Of a stretch of 64,000 nucleotides of DNA, positions 38,161 through 48,471 are shown one piece after another. The position numbers and the translations under genes were made by a program. The notes under the pieces were generated by a model, which worked only from the letters and a program-made list of their open reading frames with translations, was not told the DNA's origin and did not search any database. Origin of the DNA: Terriglobia bacterium (GTDB taxonomy: Bacteria > Acidobacteriota > Terriglobia > Bryobacterales > Bryobacteraceae); NCBI GenBank assembly GCA_963732025.1, contig CAVSXU010000004.1, positions 145,528 through 209,527 of the forward strand, given 5' to 3'. Each line of letters begins with the position of its first letter. Within the stretch, counting starts at the first letter, position 1.

Positions 38161-38164
38161 ATCA

Positions 38165-38650
38165 CTACAGGCGCATTTCGTTGGTTGGCTTGAAACCTAG
38201 TGATTCATACAACGCGCGCCCATCGGGACTCGCGTGAAGAATCACGGTGCCGACCTGATTGGCCTCGCACCATCCCAAGGCGGTTGTCATCAGGGCACGA
38301 CCTATTCCTTGGCGGCGATGCGCAGGTTCCGTATAGACATTCAGAATATTGCCGCGCCAGCGGCTGCCTGCGCCGAGCATGTGGGGCGGCCAGTCCATCA
38401 GCCAGAGCCCCAGTCCCGCTGCGATGGAGGAATCGGGCGCCAGTGCGAACCACGCGAGGTACTCGCCGGCTTCCATTTTTCCTTGCAGCCAGAGGCGGAA
38501 GCTCGCGGCCATGGCTCGCAGGACTGCGTCGTCGGCATAACCCATGTCCATGAACATCGCTTGGCGGTGATGGACAATTGCATCCAGGTCGGTGGACGTG
38601 GTGGTGGCTTGGCGGATCACCATTTTCCGAGGATACAAAATGTGGCGCAC
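38165..38650 (-). CDS. GNAT-family N-acetyltransferase
   Basis: ...VYTEPAHRRQGIGRALMTTALGWCE...LHASPDGRALYESLGF. Confidence 0.8.
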   Translation of the reverse strand: MRHILYPRKMVIRQATTTSTDLDAIVHHRQAMFMDMGYADDAVLRAMAASFRLWLQGKMEAGEYLAWFALAPDSSIAAGLGLWLMDWPPHMLGAGSRWRGNILNVYTEPAHRRQGIGRALMTTALGWCEANQVGTVILHASPDGRALYESLGFKPTNEMRL

Positions 38651-38751
38651 GCTTCAGCGTGCTGCTGTCGGCTTCAGCCGACAGTCCGGATGAGTTTGCA
38701 CGTGGACACGGTGAACTGAAGTTCACAGCTGCTCGCTGAAGCGCACGCCAC
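38641..38751. repeat. 110-bp REP-like inverted repeat with nested hairpins
   Basis: TGTGGCGCACGCTTCAGCG...CGCTGAAGCGCACGCCACG; inner hairpins CTGTCGGCTTCAGCCGACAG and GTGAACTGAAGTTCAC. Confidence 0.75.
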
Positions 38752-38804
38752 GAAAGGAACTCTGATGGACGAGATGGCAGGCGGAAACGCCTGCCCCACG
38801 AAAA

Positions 38805-40109
38805 CTAGCCGACGACTTCGAGGATCAACTCGCGCTCATCCGGCGGAGCGCCAGCGATGCGGAACGCGTCTTCGACCAACTGCGAGGCTTCCTCGACGTT
38901 GTCCTCGGCAGTGTAGTACAAGCGGCACAATACGCCGCCCGCGTCCACCTTCTGGCCGACCTTCACTTCGAGAATCACGCCGACTGCCGGGTCGATTCCA
39001 TCTTCCTTGGTATCGCGGCCCGCGCCGATCATCGCCGAAGCCTGGCCGATGTATTCGGCATCGATCGCGCTGACGTAGCCTGCGCGCGGAGATGAAATCT
39101 CGCGAGCACCAGTCGCGTTCGGCAGCAGCTCGAAGCGATCCATCACTTGCGGATTTCCGCCCTGCGCGGCGATCACGTCCTTGAACTTGCGATAGCCAGA
39201 TCCGTCGAGCAGCTTCTTCTGCGCGATCTCGCGCGCTTCTTCGAGCGTGGGGCAGATCTTGCCCAGATAGATCATGCGCGATGCGAGTTCCAGCGAAAGC
39301 CGCGTCAGATCGGTAGGTCCGACGTTCTGCAGCGTCTGCGAAACTTCCATCACTTCGAGCGCATTGCCGATCGCAAAACCAAGCGGCTGATTCATATCGG
39401 TGATCAGGGCCTGGACACGCTTGTCCATGCGGCGGCCGATCCCGACCATCATCTGCGCGAGCCTGCGCGCGTCCACCTGGCGCTTCATGAATGCGCCCGT
39501 GCCCACCTTCACATCGAGCACCAGCGCGTCGAGTCCGACGGCCAGTTTTTTCGACATGATCGACGACGCGATCAGCGGGATCGATTCGACAGTAGCGGTT
39601 GAATCGCGCAGCGAGTAGAGTTTTCCATCGGCGGGCGCGATCTGCGGTGTCTGCCCGATGAAGGCGAGCTTATGCTGCAGGAGCTGCTCGCGAAATTCGT
39701 CAATCGTGAGATTAGTGCGGAAGCCCGGAATCGATTCCAGCTTGTCGAGCGTGCCGCCAGTGTGGCCGAGCGCGCGCCCCGAAATCATCGGGACAACGAC
39801 GCCGGCCGCGGCCGCAATCGGAGCCGCAATCAAACTGGTTTTGTCGCCAACGCCGCCGGTGGAATGCTTATCCACTTTCACACCGGGCACGGCGGACAGG
39901 TCCACGTGTTCGCCGGACAGCAGCATACGCTCAGTCAAGGCGCTGACTTCGCGGTCCGTCATACCGGAGAAAAACACGGCCATCAAAAACGCGGAAATCT
40001 GATAATCCGGTATGCTTCCGTTGGTATAACCGTCAACGAGGAGAGCAATTTCCTCGGTGGACAGCTCTTCGCCGTCCCTCTTGCGATGGATCAGGTCGAC
40101 AGTACGCAT
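38805..40109 (-). CDS. deoA: thymidine/pyrimidine-nucleoside phosphorylase
   Basis: 434 aa: MRTVDLIHRKRDGEELSTEEI...ISAFLMAVFFSGMT...DKHSTGGVGDKTSL. Confidence 0.9.
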   Translation of the reverse strand: MRTVDLIHRKRDGEELSTEEIALLVDGYTNGSIPDYQISAFLMAVFFSGMTDREVSALTERMLLSGEHVDLSAVPGVKVDKHSTGGVGDKTSLIAAPIAAAAGVVVPMISGRALGHTGGTLDKLESIPGFRTNLTIDEFREQLLQHKLAFIGQTPQIAPADGKLYSLRDSTATVESIPLIASSIMSKKLAVGLDALVLDVKVGTGAFMKRQVDARRLAQMMVGIGRRMDKRVQALITDMNQPLGFAIGNALEVMEVSQTLQNVGPTDLTRLSLELASRMIYLGKICPTLEEAREIAQKKLLDGSGYRKFKDVIAAQGGNPQVMDRFELLPNATGAREISSPRAGYVSAIDAEYIGQASAMIGAGRDTKEDGIDPAVGVILEVKVGQKVDAGGVLCRLYYTAEDNVEEASQLVEDAFRIAGAPPDERELILEVVG

Positions 40110-40168
40110 GAAGAACTGAGGGTACCACCTTATTTGCTTGAAAGTAAAGGCGAAGCGTTATTGCGATC

Positions 40169-40705
40169 TTATCGGGAATTGCGCGCGAGGCTCACCGCTC
40201 GGACTGAATAGTCGAGTCCGCTCCATGCGGCAAGTCCCACGACCAGCCACTTCAAGGGTAGCAGCGTTACGCTGTCTTCGTACCCTGCCAAATGGATCAG
40301 CATCGCGAGGATGAAAAGAATCTGCGCGGCGGTACTAGCCTTGCCCCAAATCGACGGCGGGAAGCTGCGGATTTTCGTGAACGCGAAGGCCGCGCCGACC
40401 ATCAGCAAAATCAGCACATCGCGTCCGAGAACGATTGCAGCGATCCACCAGTCGATGGTGCCCATCAGCGCCATGGTGACGAAGAGTCCGCTGAGCATCA
40501 GCTTGTCGGCGACGGGATCGATGTAGGCGCCGAGCCGCGATTCGGCGTGGAGTTTGCGGGCGAGGTAGCCGTCGAATGCGTCGGTCCAGCCGGTGACGAA
40601 GGCGATCGCAAGGGCGAGTTTGTTTTGGTGGTGCCAGAGGAGGTAGAAGAGGTAGGGGGCGATGACGAGTCGCAGGGAGCTTAGGATGTTGGGGATGAGC
40701 TTCAC
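40169..40705 (-). CDS. CDP-alcohol phosphatidyltransferase family protein
   Basis: Multi-TM; motif DAFDGYLARKL...G...DPVADK. Confidence 0.8.
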   Translation of the reverse strand: MKLIPNILSSLRLVIAPYLFYLLWHHQNKLALAIAFVTGWTDAFDGYLARKLHAESRLGAYIDPVADKLMLSGLFVTMALMGTIDWWIAAIVLGRDVLILLMVGAAFAFTKIRSFPPSIWGKASTAAQILFILAMLIHLAGYEDSVTLLPLKWLVVGLAAWSGLDYSVRAVSLARNSR

Positions 40706-40815
40706 GCGGATCTCTTATGATCGCGCATGAATGCTCGCAACGATGGGTGTGGCTCCGGCGTTTTGAGCCATCCAACCCAGCAGCGGGCAAATGGAGCGCG
40801 CTCGTCAGCACATCC

Positions 40816-42213
40816 TCACTCCCGCGACATAGAATAATCCTCGCAAATATTCCCCTCAACAGAATTCGCAGCCAACGACACCCCCGGCCCGGCCGCCACG
40901 CATCGCGACTTCATTTTGTGCCCGGAAATCCTGTTCCCCCGAATCACATTCCCGCGAGTCTCCACCATCCGCGCAACGCCGCGCCCCAGATAGATCCCGC
41001 TCTCCAGCATCTTCGGCTCATCAGGCTTATACAAGCATCCGTACTTGGCACCGCTCTCATTGCATTCCGAAGTGTTGATGTGCAGGAACGTGTTACCCGT
41101 CACGCGATTGTTGCTGCCCATCAGAAACAGCGCCCCGTACTTGGTTCCGTCGATGACGTTGTTGGCAATCTCCACGTTCACCGGCTCGGCGTTCGGATCC
41201 GTATTATTCATCACGATTCCGAAATGCCCCGATGGATAACCATCCGCCGGCCGCCGGCTCACGCACTGATTCTCGCGAACCACGCCGTCATGAAATCCGT
41301 CCAGGTCAATGCACTTCCCGTTCACGTCCTCAAACTTGTTGCGAGCATAAAGCGACCGGTCGACATTCCCCGCCGTATCCATCGTGACCGGTGTGCCGCC
41401 GTTTTCGATATCGACGACATCGACGGGAAACCCAATGTTCGCCCCGGTATTGTCCACCACGCGTACCCGCGTCGCATGCCCCACCTCGATCGCATCCCGC
41501 CCGATGGTATCCAGCCGATTGTTCGCGAAAACGCCGTCGTGCAATCGCGGCGACGTGAACAGCGAGTGCGTCCAGATGCCGTTCCCGCCAATGCGCCGCA
41601 GCGTGCAGTCGCGAACCTCGAAGTCCGACGATCCTTCTTCGATCACGATCCCGCCCGTCGTGTTATTGCGTCCCGCCGCGTTGTGCGATCCGGAATCCTC
41701 CACCACTACTTTCGTGATTCGAATGCCTGAGGAGCGGCTGGCAAGAATCGCGAACCCGCCGATCGATCGGAAATGCAGGTCGGTGAGTTCGAGTCCATCC
41801 ACCTGATCGAACAGAACGCCGTTGTTGTGATAAAAGATGCGGAACGCATTTTCGGGCGGCGCCATTTCCAGCGGTTTGAGCATCGCCGGGCTATTCCCTT
41901 GAAACTGTACGCCGCGCAGAGCGACGCGGTGCACGTTTTCTCCGACAATGATGGCGCGGCCTACGAAGTTATCCGACGCTTTGATTTCCGTGCTGGGCCC
42001 GACGATTTCAAGATCGTGCGCCCCGGGAGCCAGGCGAAGCTCCGAAGCAACTTCAATAACTCCAGAGGGCAATCGAATGGTGCCGGTAACCTGCGTAGCC
42101 AGCATCCTCCGCACCCGCTTCTCTGCCGAACCACCGCAACCGGTGAGCAAGATGGCGGTCAGTGCGATCAACGACGTGGCGCACGCACTCGTGCGTGCCG
42201 TGTCGACACTCAT
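40816..42213 (-). CDS. right-handed parallel beta-helix repeat lipoprotein
   Basis: Lipobox LTGCGG; repeated short beta-helix-like units (NN...G.., HDGV). The first 13 codons (MSVDTARTSACAT) lie inside a REP element. Confidence 0.65.
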   Translation of the reverse strand: MSVDTARTSACATSLIALTAILLTGCGGSAEKRVRRMLATQVTGTIRLPSGVIEVASELRLAPGAHDLEIVGPSTEIKASDNFVGRAIIVGENVHRVALRGVQFQGNSPAMLKPLEMAPPENAFRIFYHNNGVLFDQVDGLELTDLHFRSIGGFAILASRSSGIRITKVVVEDSGSHNAAGRNNTTGGIVIEEGSSDFEVRDCTLRRIGGNGIWTHSLFTSPRLHDGVFANNRLDTIGRDAIEVGHATRVRVVDNTGANIGFPVDVVDIENGGTPVTMDTAGNVDRSLYARNKFEDVNGKCIDLDGFHDGVVRENQCVSRRPADGYPSGHFGIVMNNTDPNAEPVNVEIANNVIDGTKYGALFLMGSNNRVTGNTFLHINTSECNESGAKYGCLYKPDEPKMLESGIYLGRGVARMVETRGNVIRGNRISGHKMKSRCVAAGPGVSLAANSVEGNICEDYSMSRE

Positions 42214-42221
42214 GTCGACAC
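42176..42221. repeat. REP-like element, GTGGCGCACGC/TGTCGACAC family
   Basis: GTGGCGCACGCACTCGTGCGTGCCGTGTCGACACTCATGTCGACAC. Confidence 0.8.
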
Positions 42222-42256
42222 CCTCCGCCCACTCAAGAAATTTCGCGGACAGCCCA

Positions 42257-44322
42257 CTAATTCCCCGGCTTCTTCAACCACTCCCCGATCCATTCCAGAA
42301 ATTGCCCGTACCACAGCACGCTGTTCTGCGGCTTCAGAATCCAGTGCCCCTCATCCGGAAACAGCACCAATTTCGAGGGCACCTTCTGCAACTGCAGCGT
42401 GGTGAAAAGCTGCATCCCCTGGTCCACCGGCACCCGATAATCCAACTCCCCATGCATCACCAGCGTCGGCGTCTTAAAATCCTTCGCATAAAAACTGGGC
42501 GACCACTTGGAGTACATCTCCGGGTTATCCCACGGCATCCCCTTGAACTCCCACAGCGGGAACCACAACTCCTCGGTCACGCCGGCCATGCTCCGCAGAT
42601 CGTAAACGCCCGCGTGCGAAATCAGCGCCTTGAACCGATTCGTGTGCCCGAGCAGCCAATCCACCATGTATCCGCCATACGATCCGCCCGCCGCCGCCAT
42701 GCGCTCGGAATCCGCATACGGCAGCGCCACCACATGATCCACAATCGCCATGATGTCGTCGTAAGCCTTGCCGCCCCAGTCGCCATTGATGTCGTCGATG
42801 AACTTCTGCCCGTAGCCGGTCGAGCCGCGTGGATTCGGCATCACCACCAGGTATCCCGCCGAAGCGAACACCTGCGGGTTCCACCGATAACTCCACGTCT
42901 CGCCCCACGCGCCCTGCGGTCCGCCGTGAATCAGGAACAGCACCGGATACTTCTTCGATTCCGAAAAGTCTGGCGGCTTCACCACGAACGCCGAGATGCG
43001 CGTGTGATCCGAACTCTCCGCCGAAATCTCTTCGAGCGGAGTGATGGCCGCCGAACTCAACACAGAATCGTTCAAATGCGTCAATGCGACCGGAGTCCCG
43101 CCCTTCGACGATACGCGATAGATTTCCGTCGGATGGGACCCGCTCTGGTCGCGTATAGATCATGAAGCTGCCGTCCGAATTGAATTGCACATCGTCCAGC
43201 GCTGAACGCCCCGGAGAAAATGTTCGTGCGACCCGCCGCCGGTAACTTGGATCATCCGCAAGCCGGTGCGCCCGCGATCTTCCACCGTGTAAAACAGCCG
43301 CGTCGAATCCGGTGTCCAGGTCAACGATTCCACCCAGCTGTCCAGACTCTCGGTCAGGTTGTTGATCTTGTCGCCCAGCGCGATCGTAAACCATCAGCCG
43401 CCACCGGTCGCTCTCATAACCCGCGCGCGCCTGCGAGCGAAACGCCAATATACTTTCCGTCCGGCGAATAAAGCGGAGCGTTATCAGCGCCTGGGCTGGT
43501 CGATGATTTTCTTCGGACTCGCCGCCGCCGAAATCGGCACGGTGTAAATGTCGGAATTCGTGCTGGTGGCCGGCGTCGGATCCAGGTTCATGCTGAACGC
43601 GACTTCGGCCGAATCCGGCGAGATCGCGTAATCGTCCGGTCCGCCGAGCGAAAACGGCGGAACGTCGCGATCCCCCGGCGTCAGATCCTTCATCTCGCTG
43701 CCGTCGGCGTTCATCGAGAAGATGTGCTGCCGGCGTTTGCCCTCCCAATGCGTCCAATGGCGATACAGCAGGGAAGTGATCATGCGAGCCTTGACTCTTG
43801 TTCCTTCGCCTCGGCATCGATCTTGGACTTGTTGCACGCGTCGTCAGCGCCGCATTCCGGATAGACGCCCGACGTGAACACGATCTTCTTGCCGTCAGGC
43901 GAAACCAGAATGCCGTCCGCTTCGGTCGATAGATGCGTGATCTGTTTCGCGCCCGCGCCATCGGGATTCATGCGCCAGACCTGCGACGATCCATCGTGTG
44001 CCGAGCCGTCGCGATTCGAAACATAGTAGATCGTCTTCGAATCGGGCGACCAGCGAGGACGTTCGTTGTCGGTGCCGTCGCTGCGTAATCTGGCGCGGGT
44101 ACCCGCCGTTCAGATCGACCACGTAAATCTGCTTCGGCTTCGTGTTCTGGTCGACATCGACAGTCTGAACGGTGAATGCGACAGTCTTCCCGTCGGGCGA
44201 CAGCACGGTTCGCTGACGCGGGCGAGCCGCAGCATCGCCTGGACATCGAACGGCTGCTTCTGAGCGAAGCCACTAGCCGCCCAAAACGTAGCGGCACTAA
44301 AGGTTGCAAGCGCTATGCGCAT
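42257..44322 (-). pseudogene. S9-family serine peptidase (beta-propeller plus alpha/beta hydrolase), at least 4 frame breaks
   Basis: The C-terminal 275 aa are intact (GGSYGG, HGELDYRVP). The N-terminal propeller is split over ORFs 43484-43837, 43780-43971, 43895-44206 and 44110-44322 (signal peptide). Confidence 0.75.
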
Positions 44323-44343
44323 ATATCAGTCATTCTATCGGGT

Positions 44344-45130
44344 ATGGACAGCAAAGCAGCAGCATTCCGCGCGATGCATCGGCCGACGCTGGCGTTGCCC
44401 AACGCCTGGGACGGCGCCAGCGCCCGCATTTTCGAAGAAGCCGGATTTCCGGCGATCGGCACCACGAGCGCCGGCGTTGCCTTCGCGCTAGGCTATCCCG
44501 ATGGCGAGCGCCTGACGCGTGACGAGATGCTCGAAGTGGTGGCGCGCATTGCGAGGATCGTGAAGCTTCCAGTGACGGCCGATGTCGAGGCGGGCTACGG
44601 CGACCCGGTGGAGACCGCTCGGCAAGTGTGGGCCGCGGGGGCAGTCGGAATGAACCTGGAGGACATCGTCGGCGATGAACTGAACGATCTCGCAAATCAG
44701 CAAGCGGCGATCCGCGGAATCCGCGCCGCGGTTCCCAACATCGTCCTCAACGCCAGGACCGACATTTTCCTGAATGCGATCGGCGATGAAGCGACGCGCT
44801 TCGATCGAACGGTGGAACGCTTGAATGCCTACGCGGATGCAGGAGCCGATTGCTTATTCGCACCAGGTGTGCGCGATCGCGAGACGATCGGAAAATTGGT
44901 GAAAGCCGTGCACGGACCGCTGAACATTCTCGCAACAGCAGGCTCACCGGACATCGCAGAAATGAAGACGCTAGGCGTCGCCGCGAGTAAGCGTAGGCTC
45001 GGGGCCAATGCGAGCAACGCTAGGGCTGGTAGATCGAATCGCGAGAGAACTCCGTGATCAGGGAACGTACGCAGCGATGCTAGACGGAGCGATCCCCTAC
45101 GCGGAAGTAAATCGACTGTTGGGTGCGTAA
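44344..45130 (+). pseudogene. isocitrate lyase/PEP mutase family protein, frameshift near 44985
   Basis: MDSKAAAFRAMHRP...PNAWDGASARIFEEAGFPAIGTTSAG...VTADVEAGYG. The C-terminus continues in another frame (...IARELRDQGTYAAMLDGAIPYAEVNRLLGA*). Confidence 0.75.
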
Positions 45131-45235
45131 TGTGGGGTGGACCGCCAGATCTGATGTGTGGGGTGGACCGCCAGATCTGATGTGTGGGGTGGACCGCCAG
45201 GCCTTGTGGGGTGGACCGCCAGGTCTGCAAGCCGA
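45131..45235. repeat. tandem repeat, 4 copies of a 22-26 bp TGTGGGGTGGACCGCCAG unit
   Basis: Copies start at 45131, 45157, 45183 and 45205; no unique spacers. Confidence 0.85.
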
Positions 45236-45264
45236 CGTCCTTGTCGGCTTTCTGGCCGCCCACT

Positions 45265-45534
45265 CTAATCCTTCTTCGACCGACTCCGAATCATCACCGC
45301 CAGCGCAGTCATCGCGACCCCAATCAAGGCGCCCACCGCCATCAATCCAACAATATCGACATTACGAATCTGTTCAAACCGGGGATTGCGAGCGATGTTG
45401 GAAAACTCAATGGCCGCGAACACCAGCGGCATAACGATCGCCACGCCGGCGCGTCTGCGTTTGGGAGCATCATTTGGTTGCATAGAGAAGGCTAAAACTA
45501 TATCACGCGACCAGCCATATAGCGCGCCAGCCAA
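45265..45534 (-). CDS. small membrane protein (89 aa)
   Basis: Two predicted TM segments (VMPLVFAAIEF, IVGLMAVGALIGVAMTALAVMI). Confidence 0.45.
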   Translation of the reverse strand: MAGALYGWSRDIVLAFSMQPNDAPKRRRAGVAIVMPLVFAAIEFSNIARNPRFEQIRNVDIVGLMAVGALIGVAMTALAVMIRSRSKKD

Positions 45535-46901
45535 GCCAGCGCCTCCGCCTCCGTGGAAAACTCGCCGTCGGATTGCGCCTCATAAGCCGCGCGCGTAACT
45601 TCGCCGATGTGCGCTCCCTCACGATTTTCAAAATAAGGTAGCACATGCCTCCCCAAGATAATCGGCGCCTGCGGCTTATCGCCAACCGATTGCGCCGCCG
45701 CCATATCGCGAATCCGAGCCGCCGCATCCGGCAGTCCCGCCGGCTTCGGAGGACGACCCGATGCATCGGCTTCAATCACGCGAACAAGTTGCGCAATGCT
45801 AGCTGGCGCCAGCCGACTAGCCAGCCGCCGAACCGCCCGCGGAGTGACCTCGGCTCCAATACTCGTATGCACCATGTGATCTTCGACCAATCTCACCACC
45901 TGTTCCACAATCGAATTCTTAATCCCGATACGCATCAAGAATTGCCGGGCAATCGGCCCACCCCCCGATTCGTGCCCCCAAGCCGTCCACCGCTGTTTGC
46001 CTTCGCGCTCGCGGAGTTGGGTGGTGGCGGGCTTGGCGAAATCGTGTGCCAGCGCGGCAAACAATAATACGGCTCTGTCGTCGCCGTGCACTTCGTCGCG
46101 CTCGGCGATTCGCGCGGCTTCGTTTAAAACCAACATGGTATGAACGTCGACGTCGCCTTCGGGATGCCAATCCGGGTCTTGCGGGACTCCCCGCAGCGCG
46201 GCAATTTCCGGGAAATGGACCAGCCAACCGGTCTCGCTGAGGTAGCCTGCAATGCGGCCGGGCTTTCGCGATTTAATCGCCCACTTCAGGAACTCTTCGG
46301 CGATTCGCTCACGTGGAAGCGTTGCATATTCGTTGCTGATTGCTTGCGAAAGTCTTGCGGTTTCAAAATCGAGGTCCAAATCGAATCGACAGGCGAATTG
46401 CATGCCTCGCAGCACGCGTAGCGGGTCTTCAGAAAAGGCTGCGCTGGTCGCGCGAAGGATTCGATTCTTGAGATCCTCCTGTCCGGCAAAGTAATCAAAC
46501 AAAACGTGTTCCACGGGATCGAAGGCCATCGCGTTGATGGTGAAGTCGCGGCGGCTCGCGGCTTCTTCGGGCGTGATGGAGGGATCGAACGTTGTCCGAA
46601 AATCGCGATGACCGGGTCCGGTCTTGCTGTCGCGGCGCGGAACGCTGAAATCGCAAGTGCCACCGTCGGGCGATTGGAATTTTACTACGCCGAAGGACTT
46701 GCCGACGAGGTCTACTCGTCCGTGCGCTTTGAGAAAATCAACCAGCGCGTCGTAGGCGATGCCGTAGACTTCGATGTCGATGTCTTTGGGATCGTGTCCG
46801 AGCAGCGCGTCGCGCACGGCTCCTCCGGCGATGAGAGCGCGGTGTCCGGAGGCGTGCAGCTCGCGCACGATACGGTCGAGCGCGGGCGAGAGGTCGAGCA
46901 T
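45498..46901 (-). CDS. cca: CCA-adding tRNA nucleotidyltransferase with HD domain
   Basis: ...ALIAGGAVRDALLGHDPKDIDIEV...RRDFTINAMA...; HD region LAHDFAKP. Confidence 0.8.
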   Translation of the reverse strand: MLDLSPALDRIVRELHASGHRALIAGGAVRDALLGHDPKDIDIEVYGIAYDALVDFLKAHGRVDLVGKSFGVVKFQSPDGGTCDFSVPRRDSKTGPGHRDFRTTFDPSITPEEAASRRDFTINAMAFDPVEHVLFDYFAGQEDLKNRILRATSAAFSEDPLRVLRGMQFACRFDLDLDFETARLSQAISNEYATLPRERIAEEFLKWAIKSRKPGRIAGYLSETGWLVHFPEIAALRGVPQDPDWHPEGDVDVHTMLVLNEAARIAERDEVHGDDRAVLLFAALAHDFAKPATTQLREREGKQRWTAWGHESGGGPIARQFLMRIGIKNSIVEQVVRLVEDHMVHTSIGAEVTPRAVRRLASRLAPASIAQLVRVIEADASGRPPKPAGLPDAAARIRDMAAAQSVGDKPQAPIILGRHVLPYFENREGAHIGEVTRAAYEAQSDGEFSTEAEALAWLARYMAGRVI

Positions 46902-47453
46902 TCAGGCGCGGGGCGCGAGTGGCCCTTCGGGAAGAAAATCGTCGTCCAGAATTTGATCGGCCGTGTAAGGGCCGTTTGACGGAAAGACTTTCGACGAGAG
47001 GTGGGTTTCTCGAACGACGCCATCGACTGCTTTTCCGTAAATTGCCGTCAATTTTTCCATCGGAACGCGACGAAGACTTGGGGAGTCGTCCAGCACGAGT
47101 GCAAGTTCCATGCGCTGCTCTCCAATCTTTGCCAACCACGAAGAATTCTCTCGGCCGTCCGGCTGCACTTGCCACTTGAGTAGAAGCATTAGCAGAACCG
47201 TAGATCGGGATCTCACTTCGCGATGATCGCGCAGACCCATATCGTGGATCTCCTCCGCGACGTGTTCCAGGTCGACTTCATCGAAGCGGCGCTGGCGGAT
47301 CAGCTCGGCCGTCTCTTGCGTCCAGCGGTAGAAATCCTTGTTGTGTTGCGCTTCGCTGCTTGGCGCTTCGGCCTTCCCCCGTTCGACCCTCTCCATCTGT
47401 TGCTTGCTCATGGCGGCCCTAGTAAATGTCTCAACACACGTTCTAGCGCGCAC
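46902..47453 (-). CDS. DUF29-domain protein (start probably the internal M near 47411)
   Basis: ...DFYRWTQETAELIRQRRFDEVDLEHVAEEIHDMG... Confidence 0.7.
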   Translation of the reverse strand: MRARTCVETFTRAAMSKQQMERVERGKAEAPSSEAQHNKDFYRWTQETAELIRQRRFDEVDLEHVAEEIHDMGLRDHREVRSRSTVLLMLLLKWQVQPDGRENSSWLAKIGEQRMELALVLDDSPSLRRVPMEKLTAIYGKAVDGVVRETHLSSKVFPSNGPYTADQILDDDFLPEGPLAPRA

Positions 47454-47612
47454 CCTTACGGATGCGCCTCAATGAATCCTCGCCGTCCCGTCTTTGAGGC
47501 GCGCCCGTCAGGGCGCGCGCAACGTCGAGCTAACGAAATCACAAGTTCATTATTACTCAGTCGAGTACGTGTGATAACCCCCATGCTTGCGGATGGTGCT
47601 TGACCACATCGG

Positions 47613-48448
47613 CTAGGAAGCTGCGCGATAGCTGCCTAAGACTCGCAGGAAATCGGCCAGCTCAGCCAAGTGGCCCAGCGCATTTTTCACCGGCCGCTCG
47701 TCGCGATGACCGAGCACATCCAGGTAGAACATATACTCCCACGGCCGTCCGCGCCGCGGGCGCGATTCGATCTTCGCCAGGTTGAGGTCGCGCAGAGCCA
47801 GCGCGCTCAGGGCTCGGAACAGCGCGCCGGGGACGTTGCGAGTCGAAAAGACCAGCGAGGTTTTCCACGGCTGGCGCTGCGTTCCGGCGGGTTGCCGCGG
47901 CTTGGCGCCCTTCGGTTCCAGCAGGAAGAAGCGCGTGAAGTTTCGACGGTCGTCTTCGATTTCACGCTTCAGAATGGTCCCGCCATAGATCTTTGCCGCC
48001 AGTTCGGACGCGATCGCGGCGGCGTCAGCGGGACGCTGCTCCATCACCATCTTCACGCTGCCGGCGGTGTCGTAGTGCGGTACGCTGGCGATCTTTTTGT
48101 GCTTCGCGAAGAAATCCAGACACTGGTTCAGCGCCACCGGATGTGAGAACACCGTCGCACGGCTGAAAACGTCACGCCCGGCGCCGCGATCAGGTTGTGC
48201 ACGATCCGGACGTTGGTTTCCGCCGTGATATCGAAATCGTATTTCAGCAGCAGATCGTAGTTTTCGTGTACCGATCCGGCTAGCGTGTTTTCGATCGGCA
48301 ATGCCGCGGCGTCGACTTTGCCGGAGCGCAGCGCCGCGAAAACTTCGTCGAAGCGGCGGCGAGGTTCGGGAATGGCGCGCGGCCCCAGCAGTTGACGGAT
48401 CGCCTGTTGGCTGAAGGCGCCGAGCTCGCCCTGGAATGCGATCTTCAT
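47613..48448 (-). pseudogene. pheA: prephenate dehydratase, frameshift near 48140
   Basis: MKIAFQGELGAFSQQA...ALPIENTLAGSV (ORF 48128-48493), then ...VFSHPVALNQC...ESRPRRGRPWEYMFYLD (ORF 47613-). Confidence 0.85.
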
Positions 48449-48471
48449 GACCTTCTTGCCGGATTTCAATT

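Noticed and set aside
45131-45235. Possible mini CRISPR array
   Set aside because: Four directly abutting 22-26 bp units without spacers; related single units are scattered through the window as REP-like hairpins.
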